Source: Heteronotia binoei (taxonomy: Eukaryota). From it: 64,000 nt of DNA. The notes beneath the pieces are model-generated. The model ran no database searches, was not told the origin of the DNA, and saw nothing but the letters and a program-made list of their open reading frames with translations. The DNA lies in the NCBI RefSeq assembly GCF_032191835.1, contig NC_083233.1:34720001-34784000 (forward strand), in the 5' to 3' direction. The position numbers were made by a program, and so were the translations under genes. Shown here piece after piece: positions 25,994 through 38,215 of the stretch (its first letter is position 1; each line of letters opens with the position of its first letter).

Positions 25994-26175
25994 CAGGGCT
26001 TTTTTTGTAGCAGGAACTCCTTTGCATATTAGGCCACACCCCTGATGTAGCCAGTCCTCCAAGAGTTTACAGTAAGTCCTGGATTAAGAGCCCTGTAAAC
26101 TCTTTGAGGATTGGCTGCATCAGAGGTGTGTGGCCTAATATGCAAAGATGTTCCTGCTACCAAAAAGAAGCCCTG
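25994..26175. mobile_element. Fully palindromic (fold-back) MITE; partial copies at ~38630-38750 and ~52660-52745
   Basis: Arms CAGGGCTTTTTTTGTAGCAGGAACTCCTTTGCATATTAGGCCACAC... and their reverse complement extend over the whole ~180 bp. Confidence 0.8.
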
Positions 26176-27715
26176 CAGATAGTAGTTTTGATCAAAGCAG
26201 CTGCAGAGAGGCTTCACTGTCCAGAGTCTACACACATTCATATTTCTATTACCTCTGGGGTTAAACAAACCTGACAGGTTTGTAGGATACCAAAACCAGT
26301 GTGGTGCAGGGATCGAAGTGTAGGGCTTGGGAGACCAAGGTTGAAACCCCCACTCGGCCATGGAAGCTTATTGGGTGATCTTGGGCCAGTTTTTCCCTCA
26401 CAGCCCTACTCTACCTCACAGGATTGTTGTGAGGATACAATGAAGGAAGGGAGAATTATGCTGCATGCTGCTTTGGAGTGACAAGCAGGCTATAAATATC
26501 CAAATAAATAAATACAATGCTAACACCAGTCAGGATGACTGAGCAAAAAAACAGGCAGTAGTTAGAATGTTGGAGTAGTTACTAGTACCTGAAATACCTG
26601 GGTTCAAATCCTTTCTCAGGCCTGAAGCTCACCTTGGGCCAGTTCTCTCTCAATTAGCTTGCCTCACAGGGTTGTTACAGGGATAAAATGGAGGAGTGAT
26701 GCGCCACATATGGTACTTTGAGGTTATAAGAAGGAAAGTGAACCCTCTTTCAAAGTGGGAGGGGGGGCAGAGGAATCTGTCTCCAACCTGAAAGTAGCAT
26801 GAATATTCAATGTTTCTGAGTTTTTCCCCTGAATGGCACAGTATCTTAATATGAAATCTATACAGACTTTCATATTTCACCACAATTTTATTATTTTCCA
26901 AGGCTTATTGTTGATTCCAACCCGCCTCATTCTTTTCCTGAGTATCCCGATTGCTGCTTTAATACATTTTTCTCAGTTCTGGTTTTATCTGCTTGCTGCT
27001 TTAATCCCTTTTTCTTTTATACCAGGCTTCTTTCTTTTTGTACTGAGATGTGTTTTAATTACTTCGTTGTCAGGCTGCCCTGGATGTTTGTAATGAAGTC
27101 CTCAGAATATAAAATGTTTTAAAAGAAATTCTCACAACTACCCTGTAAGGCAGGCGCTGCAGTTCGATTCCGTTCCATACTACAGACAGCAACAGACCAA
27201 AAGAGAGGCTAGCTTTGAGGCAACCTTACAAATTCATAGCTGAAGTGAGATTTTTAACAGTCTGTTAATGCTTTGCACTCACCTGTCACTTTATTTAACC
27301 ATAAATTCCAACTCTCAACTGTACTGATTCATTTCTTAAATAAACGCAACCTGCACCTTGCCAAGGACACACTGCTATCTGCTCTGACTTCACAACCTTT
27401 CATGAACTGAGACCCACCACTGAAGTTCTGACTCCAGGCAAGGGTCTAAGTCAGAATTCTGGTTCTTCTATTTGACATGACATTGAATGAGCTTTTGATA
27501 CTTGGTGTGAAAGAAAACAACAATTTAAACAAAATGCTAATTCTACATTCATAATTTATTTATTTACATTATTTTTAGTCTGCCTTTCTCATTGGGACTC
27601 AAGGCAAATTATACAGAGCATAATGTGTAGCATAATGTGGTTTTTAAAAAACATGTTATGCTTATACTATTTTAGTAACAAGGACATCCCTGTAAGGTGG
27701 GTCCAGGTTATAGCC

Positions 27716-27979
27716 CAGGGGTGGCCAAACTTGCTTAATGTAAGAGCCACATAGAATAAACATCAGGTGTTTGAGAACAGACAGGAAGATAGATGGGAGA
27801 GGGAGAGATGGAAAGAAAGCAACTTTAACTTTCAATGCATTCTCCAATGCACTTGGAAAAGTGATTTAAAGAGAGAAATGCCTTCTCCAAGCCAGCCAAT
27901 AGGGTGGTGGGGGCTTCGAGAGCCACAAAATCTCTGTGAAAGACTTTCATAATTCTCGAGCCGCAATTTGGCCATCCCA
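27716..27979. mobile_element. hAT-type MITE (family A)
   Basis: Same body; TSD TTATAGCC on both sides. Confidence 0.85.
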
Positions 27980-28659
27980 TTATAGCCCCATATTTAATTG
28001 CTGGCAGGTAGAGGCTTCTTTAAGCCACTACAATAATACTTAATATCTGTACAGCCCTTTTTTGTGTCCAAAGTGTTTCACTTTAATGAGGTTGATCCTA
28101 TGAACACTGATAGCAGGGGGAGCCATGCCTAATTTGTTTCTTTGTTGCCGCCCTTTAGATTTTGTGGCCTTCTGTTTCTCTCGAACCGAGCAATACCCTT
28201 CCAGGAGTCATAGGGGACAGTGAGAGGGGAAACCTACTTTTGCAAGTAGCAGGTTCATCCACCCTGAACCACGATCACCGTACTCCTGACAACATCCCTA
28301 TAAGGCAGATCATACTGGAGCCTGAGCCACAGAGAGATTTGCCTAAAACCAGTTATTAAGTTTAGGACTGGGGCTTAAACCAATGCTCTTGGGGACTGCA
28401 GCACGAAAACTGGGTTTGTTAACCACTGTGTTAAACCAGCTCACTAGCTGAGGTTCACAGGGGCTTCCCAAATCACAGTTTATACTCTCAGTCCCTCTTC
28501 TACGCTGGCAGGCTCCGATCCAGGAAATGCAACCTTTCATTTGTGTGTCACATGTGACTGTTGCTGCTTCCCTCCTAGTGAAACATTTCTCAAGGTGTGT
28601 TTTAAAAAAAAGAGTTAATGTTGTCTTTATTTGGCCCCTGGTAAAAAAAAACTGTTGCT

Positions 28660-29350
28660 CCCACCCGCGCGCGCACCCACCCCTTAGCTAGCATTTTGGA
28701 GGCTGCTGCCACCCGGCCGGGATGATTCCTCACGGGGCAATCGGAAGGACCTTGCAAAAGCAACCAAGATGGCCCAAGAAGCGTCACAGGGAGGAAGAAA
28801 GAATGACAGTCCCCTTCGCTAAGCTACCTTTCCAAATGCACCTCCAGGGCTGCTGGGAGGACGCGGCGACCGGCACCCCCAGCCTGGAAAGCCTCTCCGC
28901 GGACACCTGCACCGGCGCGGCCGACCGCGGCGCTCCCGGGTGCCTCCTGCAGCCGCAGCTCCTTCCGCGCGTCGGCGCCGCTTCCAGGCAGCTCCTCCTC
29001 GCCCTGCTCCTTCGGGCAAAGTTTGCCATCGGGGAGTTGCGCCGCACGCTGGAAGTTGAAGCCGCGCCGCCCGGGTGACCTTTGCTCTGCCGGGGTCGAT
29101 TCTAAGCCCGCTCAAGCGGCGGCGGCAGCCTGGGATTGGCAGGCAGGCCGGCTGGGAGGCGAGAAGCGACCCCTCTCGTGGGGAGAAGGAAGGGAGCGCC
29201 GGGGCGCCGCCAGCAAAAGGGACAAACAAGCACCCGGGACCGCAGCCAGCAGGCCACGAAGGAAGGAACCCGGAAAACCGGTCGGGTCGGACACGCCGCA
29301 AGGAGGCTGTTGTCCAAGGTCGACTGGGGGCTCCCTCGCCGGAGGCAGCG
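28660..29350. promoter_or_regulatory. CpG island, probable SOWAHD promoter/first exon
   Basis: CpG-dense, non-repeat block 3.4 kb upstream of the SOWAHD ORF. CCAAT on the - strand near 29138; candidate donor AAG|GTAGCT at 28828/28827 (-). Confidence 0.6.
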
Positions 29351-30888
29351 TGTCAGGCAGGGATGTACAATGGTCAGAGTGGTGGACGAGGATCTGGAAG
29401 ACCCAGGTTGGCATTAGGGTTGCCAGGCCCAGTGCTCCCTCTAAGCTGAGCTAGCCCGCCGTTTTTTAGCCTCTGGCTCACACATTTTTGTCTTGGCTCA
29501 GGAGAAATGGCCCCAGAGCAAACTAATTTATGCAGTAGCCAGATTGCTTGCTTGCAACTTTAATGCCAGTAGCTCACAAAGTAGAAATTTTGCTTGCAAG
29601 ACTCCAAGGCCTAGAGGGAGTATTACCCAGCCTCCCACCTTTGGCAACCAGTGGTAAGGTTGAGGGGGGGTAGGGCTGCTAGAACCAGCTTGGGAGACTC
29701 CTGGAGATTTGGGGGATGGAGTCTGGGGAGGGCAGGTGCCTCAGTGGGGTACAATGCCATAGAGTCCATCCTCCAAAGCATCCCTTTTCTCCAGAGGAAC
29801 CGATCTCTGTAGTCTGGAAATGAGTAATTCCAGGGGATCTCCAGGTCCCACCTGGAGAGTGGCATCTGTAGTTGGAATCACCCCATCCCTCTGCCTTGGA
29901 AGCTCACTGGGGTGACCTAGTCGGGCCTGTCACACTGGCAGCCTAATCCACTTCACAGGGATGCTGTGAAGAGAAAGTGGAGAAAGGGGAAATGTTCTAA
30001 GTCATTTGGGGTCCCCATTGGGGAGGCAAGTGGGATATACAGTTCTAAAGGAAAATAGTTGTGGGGGGGGGGGCGGTAGAGCTTCACATAGCCAGTGTGT
30101 TGGACAAGGACCTGGAAGACCCAGGTGCCAATCCCCACTCTATCCTGAAACTCACTAGGTGACTTTAGTCAAGTAATTTCCTTTCAGCCTGACATGCTTT
30201 ACAGGGTTGTTGTGAAGACAACATTTACTAGGTGAGGGATATGTACACTTGAAGGAAGGGCAGGATAAAAATAAGATTGATAGGAACAAATAGGAAAATA
30301 CACTGAGACGATAGGGGTTTCTTGTAGAGAATTCTTCAAAATTGGATGCCAAGTTGTTTCAGGAAATGCTGTGATAAGCAATGCTATTATCAGCGATGCA
30401 TTGTAAAACTCTGGTAGGTTTGACCAGTGGATGGATGGATGGCCATTCAGTGACTGTAAATTGTCCTTGTATGGCCATTCATCCATTCAGAATCCTTGTA
30501 CATTTCAAAATTATCATCCAGCAGAAACCAGATACTTACACATTTAGAACTTTCTTTCTGTTCTTTCTTTAGATAATTATACCTTTTTTTCCTCCTTGAT
30601 GAGGACCCAAAATAGCTTCCAATAATGTTTTTCCTTCTCCCATTTTATCCTCACAACAACCCTAAGAGGTAGGTTAAACTGAGAGAGGGTGTGTGACTGG
30701 CCCAAAGTGACCTAAGAAGCTTCCATGGCAGATTGGGGAGTCAAACCTGGGTCACTGACATCCTTATCCTACTATCTAATGACTAGAGCATTCTATTTCT
30801 CAAAAATGAGCACCAACAGCGGGAGAAAGTTGAAAGGGGTACATCTGAATTTAGCCTAAACCTCTCATAAACTATCTTTAAGTCACTT

Positions 30889-30965
30889 AATCCTAAAGAG
30901 AGTTACTCCAGAGTTACGCCTATTCATTTCAATGGGCTTAGAACGGAGTAACTCTCCTTAGGATT
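30889..30965. repeat. Short palindromic interspersed element (decayed copy at ~10291-10350)
   Basis: AATCCTAAAGAGAGTTACTCC...GGAGTAACTCTCCTTAGGATT inverted arms. Confidence 0.7.
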
Positions 30966-32247
30966 GCATTGTAAGCATGTAAACCAAAATAGGGTTGTTA
31001 TTGGGTAGAACATCTTACTTCAGTGATGATTTCCTGGTTGGTCTGAGGTCTTTCACGCTCTCTCGAACTATCCTTTGTAGAAAGAATTAGATCGTCTACC
31101 TTCTAAGATTGTTGCTGACATAACGGATGAGAAGCACACTAAGGACTTAAGCAAAAAAAAATACCCTTACATACCAAGTATTGTTATTTGCACATGCACA
31201 CATTTCTATGGCTGCAGATTCCAGAAGATTAGCCATTTTAGGGTGTGGCAGAAACTGAAGAGAAATCAAGCGCAGTATAAGGGGTTTGAGAAAAAGAGTT
31301 GATCAAACAAGAAGTTAAATCTCTCCACGCTGTATTAAACAAACTGAGCAACTTTAGTATTGTGTCAGCATCCCCCACCCATCATCATAGTGGGAAATGA
31401 AACTGATCTAATGGGGAGGGGGAGATCTTAAAGTGGATTACAGAGATTGTGAACGGGAAACACTTTGAATGTTCAAAACTGCTAAAGGCGAGTGTTATGA
31501 AGTGCCTGTGGTTTCTGGTGGCCACGGTTTTGGTAGCCATCTGCATGCAGGGAAGTGAAACCTGGATTTCACTTCTAAGGCACTCTTGGTATAGATCTCA
31601 GGAGGTTCCCCATCTCCACCCAAGCTTAGCAACAGGAAGGCCAGTGCCTCATGACTCCTGCCAACCAGACCCCAGTGATCTGTCCTCTGTGGGTTTCTTG
31701 CATTGCTGGGAAGTCAAGCGTTTCTTGAGAATAGCGCTGCCACTTTCTCAGCAAAGGAGAATTGTTTAATCATTATCCACAGTTCCTGGTCTGCAAGGAG
31801 ATAACAGTTACCAACTGCCTTTGGTGAGGCCTGAGGGAGAAGAGGAAGCAGCCAGGCACCCCTCCACTGTGCCCAGAGCTTGCTCCAGTGGTAAACCCCT
31901 TCCTCCCAGCTACCAAGTGCATAACTAGCAAAAAGGAGGGAGTTTCCCCTTTTTCATGCCCCCAGGGATTCAGTTGCAGCTTCCAACTGCCACCACTAAA
32001 GACAGAGAGAGAAGCAACCAGCCACCCTTCTTTCAGACCTCATTTGAATGTCACTGAAAATCTCTCTGTGGGTGCCTGTTAAAATCAGATTTTAGTTTTC
32101 TCTGTCATTTTGGAATTGCTGTGTGAGCTGCCTTGGGAACCCAATTTTGATGAAAGCAGAATAAAAATATGACAAATATTTCACATGTGAATGAAAGTGA
32201 GGGTCAGGCATGTCCCAAGAGAAAGAAAAGACAACGTTTAGGATGGT

Positions 32248-32528
32248 GGTGCCAGTTTGGTGTAGTGGTTATGTGTGTGGACTCTTATCTGGGAGAACCG
32301 GGTTTGATTCCCCACTCCTCCACTTGCACCTGCTGGCATGGCCTTGGGTCAGCCATAGCTCTGGCAGAGGTTGTCCTTGAAAGGGCAGCTGCTGTGAGAG
32401 CCCTCTCCAGCCCCACCCACCTCACAGGGTGTCTGTTGTGGGGGAGGGAGATAAAGGAGATTGTGAGCCGCTCTGAGACTCTTCGGAGTGGAGGGCGGGA
32501 TATAAATCCAATATCTTCTTCTTCTTCA
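32248..32528 (+). mobile_element. Squam3-like SINE, full length
   Basis: Same consensus, with (TCT)n tail. Confidence 0.82.
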
Positions 32529-32564
32529 TTCATGCCTGTCTTAGAGAAAACCTCAATAGAAACA

Positions 32565-32874
32565 GGAAAAGGAAGGGAAAGGTCCCCTGTGCAAGCACCA
32601 GTCATTTCCAACTCTGAGGTGACGTTGCTTTCACAACGTTTTCTCAGCAGACTTTTTATGGGGTGGTTTGTCATTGCCTTCCCCAGTCATCTACACTTTC
32701 CCCCCAGCAAGCTGGGTACTCATTTGACCAACCTCGGAAGGATGGAAAGCTGAGTCAACCTTGAGCCTGCTACCTGAAAACCTGATCAAACTGATCGAAC
32801 CTGATCAAACTCAGGTCGTGAGCAGAGCTTAGGACTGCATTACTGCAGCTTTAACACTCTGCCCCACGGGGCTC
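32565..32874 (-). mobile_element. Sauria SINE, near full length
   Basis: Matches the other copies head to tail. Confidence 0.85.
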
Positions 32875-34544
32875 TTTAAACAGGGGTTTAAAGGTAGGTA
32901 GAAACAGGGGTAGCATAAACTTAAGGTTTCACACAAGCCTATTCCTTTTGCAGAGTTGATTAGCTGCAGTGCTCTCTAGTGGCCAAGCTCTAAGTTGCAG
33001 AGAAATCCAAAACAGCAGTTACGCATGAAAATGGAAAGGATTTTGGCAAAATCACAAAGGACAAGCAACTATATCCAAACAAGGACACTGAATTAATCCT
33101 CCCACATATAACTTCACCCCAGTATAGGATGGACCATTAATAATTTGTTATGTTGTATCCCCTAGCCCTTATATACTTAGCCAGAGGAGGAAGTGGGAAA
33201 GCATAGCTGAACAATCTCATTTGCACAACAACCCTGTGAGGCAGGCCATGCTGAGACCGATTGGCCTATGGTTAGCCAGTGAGCTTCATAGCAGGATGGG
33301 GATCTGCAGCGAGTCTTCTGCAGTCCAAATCCAACACTTCAACCATTTCTTCACATTGGCTCTGAAAAGCATTGTACTTATTTGTTCAATGGATTTATCA
33401 GTATACAAAGCCTTCCAAGCTGTTTATAAAGCAAAGTAAATCCATTTGAGCAATCAAAACACCCCCCCCAAACAAGCAGAACTAAACAAGAAAAGGAACA
33501 AATGGTTCCTTTAAAATGCCTCCCCCCAACGCAATAAAGATATCTTCACCAGCCTTTGAGAAACAATGAGAGAGAAAAATGGGGAAAGGAATACTTAAAG
33601 AAGACACTTCACCTTTGAGGAATGTACCAGGATTAGGGTTTTATTTGCATATGTCAATAGCATGATCTGTCTTTTGCAGTTGACAATTGCTCAAAACTTC
33701 CATGTGACCAAGTCCTGGTTCTCTCAGATGTCAGATGAAGTGTTAATTTTGATTCCAGATGGAACCCTTTCTACTGAACATTCCTTTTTATATTAAAAAA
33801 ATGTTTGTATGTTATGTTGCTAGCATACTAGGTAGAAGAATTCTCACCTACCTGTCTCACTGACGTGGTTTTCTGTATGCAGGGAGGGACACAAAAGGCT
33901 AGAGACTTTTTAAAACGCAAGCTGGGAATTCAGAGCTAGTACATTGTGGCAATAAGTCATTATAACTTCATTGCAGTATAGCGATCCAGCAATTACCAAC
34001 TTTTTTAAAAGCCAGAAAAAGTCCTCTGGTGACAGGGAGCAAGGAAGTGCTGTGCGAATGCTCCATTGGCAACCTGAAAGCAGAGGCACTTGCAGCTTAA
34101 CAGGAGCTACACAGAGAATTGTCTCCTTGTGGAAGCTGCCCAATCCCAACTGAAGAATCATGCTGTTGAAAGCGAAGACTCAAGGTACTACTTCTATCAT
34201 CTTGAAGCTGAAAGATGACAGGAATTGGGAACTGGCTAGTGCCAGGCATGATGTTATCTAACTGCAGAACTGCATCCTTTATCCCCCGCCCCCTCCCAAG
34301 CATGTTATTTATTGATTGGTTCTTATTTAAAGTACTTGCATTCTGCTTTTTTAATTTATGTATGTCCAAAAGATGGCTAACTAAAACCAGATCAATAACA
34401 GGTCATAGCAAAGGCAGAAAGTAGATACATTTAAATGAGGGCCCAAATTGCTGTTCTAACTGTGTCATCCTGGTGACTAACACTTGGAAGGAAGCAGTTA
34501 TTCCCCCCCCCCTTTTTTTTGGTATATTGTGTGTGTGTGTGTGC

Positions 34545-34960
34545 ATGTGCGTGCACCTGGAAGTCATAGTGACTTCTGGTGACTGACCCCTACTGGGGGC
34601 CTGGAGGATATTCAGAGAGGTGGCTGAATAAAGCCTGCCCCCGCCTTTTGTAAGGATGCTTACAACATCAGCCCTTAAAGACATTTGGTGATTGCACTGT
34701 TCCTTCCTTCCTTCCTTTTGTTTTCATGGGGGTTGTGTGTTTTTTGTGTGAGTGCACTTTGCAATCAGGCAGCTTCTGGTGACTGACCCCTACTGGGGGC
34801 CTGGAGGTTATTCAGAGAGGTGACTGAATAAAGCCTGCCCCCGCCTCCCGACTGCTGGCATTTCAGGGAGGTCTCCCCTCCAAGTACTTGCCAGAAATGG
34901 CCATGCTTAACTTCCAACATCTGACAAGATTGGGCTTGCCTGGGCTATCCAGATCAGGGC
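34545..34960 (-). mobile_element. 5S rRNA-derived SINE (34770-34960) plus a duplicated body fragment (34545-34650)
   Basis: Reverse complement of the 15055 copy; a ~75-nt body segment occurs twice. Confidence 0.72.
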
Positions 34961-35709
34961 ATGATTGCACTGTTTCTATCCTGTAATCTGCCTTGCGTTT
35001 TAGTGAGAAAGGAAATTTCAGTGAGAAATGGAATAAATTAAAACAAAAACAGACTCCTATAAAAGCTTCAGGGTCAAGCTTGTTCACTTGTTCCTTCTGA
35101 AAGCTGCGCAACCTCCAGCACCGTGCTCTCCTCAGCAGGAGCTGAATATTGCACACAGCACTGTGACACCCTTTGGGTGGCATCTCCCAGTTCCCTGGTA
35201 TGTTGCAACCACTTCTGCTGCACTTTAAGTCCACAGGTGAGACCAGAAAAGCTTCAAAATGGTAATGGGTGTATATGTTTATCTTTTTAATACATTAACT
35301 TATGTGTACTCCACCTTTCTCCCCAATGGGAACCCAGGGCAGCTTATGGAATTATCTTCTTCATTTTATCCTCACAACAATCCAGCAAGTTAAAGTAGAC
35401 TGAGGGTGGGTGACTGCCTCATGGTCCCCCCCCCCGCAGCTTCCATGGCAGAGTGGGGATTTGAATTAGGTCTCCTAGATCATAGTCTGGCACTCTAATC
35501 ACTATGCCACTTTGGTTCTCCTTTAATTCTTCCAGGGTGCTGCCATCCTGAACATCGCACATCATGTAGTCATATCTTCCAATATTGCACAGAAGAAAAT
35601 TGGGACCTGGTTGTAACTCCTATTGTCACATGCTACCCTCCCCACTCCTTACACATCACTGAAAGTTCTCATTCACTGCTATATGCTTATTCAGTTACTG
35701 TTGGTGGTT

Positions 35710-35991
35710 GAAGAAGAAGAGTTGGATTTATACCCCACCCTTCACTCAGGGGCAGAGCGGCTTCACTCAGGGCTTACAATCTCCTTCCCTTCCCCACAAC
35801 AGACACCCTGTGAGGTAGGTGGGGCTGAGAGAACTCTTTTGAGAGCTGCTCTTGAGCAGAACAGCTCTGAGAGGGCTATGACTGACCCAAGGTCATCCAG
35901 CTAGCTGTATGTGGGTGGAGGCATGGAGAATCAAACCCAGTTCTCCAGATTAGAGTCCACCACTCTTAACCACTACATCAAACTGGCTCTC
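35710..35991 (-). mobile_element. Squam3-like SINE
   Basis: Reverse complement of the same consensus. Confidence 0.78.
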
Positions 35992-37504
35992 AAATAAATA
36001 GTTTTCATATGCAGTTTTTCCCCCCCTTCACCATTGCTTTCAAACATGATTGCTTGGGGGGGGGGGAGAGCACTGACCATCATCCTCTAATTGGCCTCAT
36101 TCCAGATGTCCCCCATCCTTCTCACTGTACTCTTTCCAAAACCTGATTTTCTATTATCTTTTTTTAGGAAAGCATAGTCCAGGTACTTCCTACCACATTA
36201 TCTGGATGGGAAGGTGCCCATTTGCAAAGGTCCCACCCACACAATTTCCCTACTACCGTTTGCCACACTCTAATTGCTGTAGTGTTCTTATGCTGAAGCC
36301 CTATAACAGTTACCAACACAAAAAGCTGGCAATGCAGCAGGGAAAACAGCAACTGCATGAAGCTGAGGTGGGAAAGCATGTGGAAATTCCCATGTGGACA
36401 CTTCTTTGCCCTTGTGAAGGAGAACGACACATAGCATCCTTGTTATATGGAATCATCCTGTAACAGCGTAGCCCATGCTTGTAAAAGCCAAAGGGGCCTT
36501 TAAATTTTACCACTCAAAATCAAGCATGTACTTACATGTACCATAAATCCACCTGAATATTGGCCTGCTCCTCAACTGGAGCCTCCAGTCATAAAACTGG
36601 CCTCAGAAATCCAAGGTGAAGAAACTTCCTTCCTCCTGGGGTCAATAACTTGTCTGCAGACCTTGCTTGCTCAGACTTTAATACTAGCTGAAGTAAAATA
36701 TCTTAGGAAGCAGTACTCCTGAATGCTTCCCTAGGCCTAATAAACGCTTTAAAAACCCCAATTAAAGCAATAACCCACATACCAGCAATAATGATAGCTG
36801 ACTGATGAAAAGTGACATAGGGGCAGAGGCTTCCAAGGAATTTAGAGAGATCCCAGACAGAATAAGAATCAAATACATCAAAGGGAAAGAATACCTGAAT
36901 CACTGGGAGGGACCTCTCAGTGCTGGATAAGAATAATCCCAAACCACTAAGTCAGTCAGCAAGACATACTTCATTGAGATGGAAGAGCAGATAGTGAAAG
37001 AAGGCAGGCGGCAGAGGGAGGACAGGATATGGCAGCTGCCCAATCTTGGAGTCCAGTAGAGAGTTCAATAGGGATGAAGGAAGGCCCTCTCTATGTGTGT
37101 GAAAGAGATACAGGTTACTGGATTATGGGTGTGGCTTCCTGAGGTAGTAGACATATTAACTTGGTTTAAAGTGATAAACGAGGATAAGTTGATGTCTTCT
37201 GTAGCAAAATGCCTACTAACTGATCATATTATTGGAAGTTTCTAACTGTGGTCTAGAACAATGTCTGAGTCCAGTGGCACCTTTAAGAACAACAAAGTTT
37301 GATGAACTTCTTCAGGGTTTTCCCTCCCTGTTCCAGGCTTGTCTCAGACCACTCCCACACAACATGATCAAATTAGGCATGGCCTCATTCTCCATTTCAC
37401 TGGGCAGAGTCTCTCTTTTAGTTCAGATTCAATTCATATCTAGGGTTGCCAACCACCCGGAGATCTGTGATGGTATCACTTTGCTCTGGTTAAACCCCAC
37501 CTTG

Positions 37505-38215
37505 AGTATTGTGTTCAGTTTAAGAAAGATATAGACAAGCTGGAATGCATCCAGAGGAGGGCAATAAAGATGGTGAGGGGTCTGGAGACCAAGTCGTATG
37601 AGGAAAGGATGAAGGAGCTGGGTATGTTTAGCCTGGAGAGGAGACAACTAAGAGGTGACATGATCACGCTCTTCAAGGACCTGAAGGGCTGTAATACAGA
37701 GGATGGTGCGGAGTTGTTTTCTGTTGTCCCAGAAGGTCAGACCAGAATTAATGGGTTGAAATTAAATCAAAAGAGTATTTGACTAAATATTAGGAAGAAC
37801 TTCCTGAGCCTCTCAGAGTGGATGCTCAGTGGAACAGGCTTCCTGGGGAAGTGGTGAGCTCTTCTGCTTTGGGGGGGAGGGGGCGTTAAACAGAGGCTAG
37901 ATGGCCATCTGACAGCAATGCTGATTCTGTGAACTTAGGCGGATCATGGGAAGGAGGACAGGAAGGGTTGCATCAGTGCTTAGTTCTCATGGACCTTTCT
38001 TACATGCCCAGGGAAATGCTATTTGCCACTTTGGGGTCAGCAATTTTTCTCCAGGCCAGTTTTCCCAGGGATCCTGGAGGGGGGTTTTTTTGCCATCTAC
38101 TGAGCATGGAGCAGGTGTCACTGGGAATGTGGGGGAGGTATTTGTGGATTTTCTGCATTGTGCAGGGGATTGGACTAGATGACCCTGGAGGTCCCTTCCA
38201 GCTCTATGATTCTGT
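37505..38215 (+). mobile_element. CR1 3' fragment
   Basis: [22 protein letters not shown] peptide, 3' UTR and CTCTATGATTCTGTGA tail. Confidence 0.88.

Noticed and set aside
31023-31118. C-box GTGATGA and D-box CTGA pair
   Set aside because: Intergenic, with no terminal stem and no recognisable rRNA complement.
33630-34190. Non-repeat block with acceptor-like sites (33679, 33882), a donor-like site (34184) and an ATTTGCAT octamer
   Set aside because: All frames stop quickly, no recognisable protein, and splice-like signals occur on both strands. No support without transcript data.
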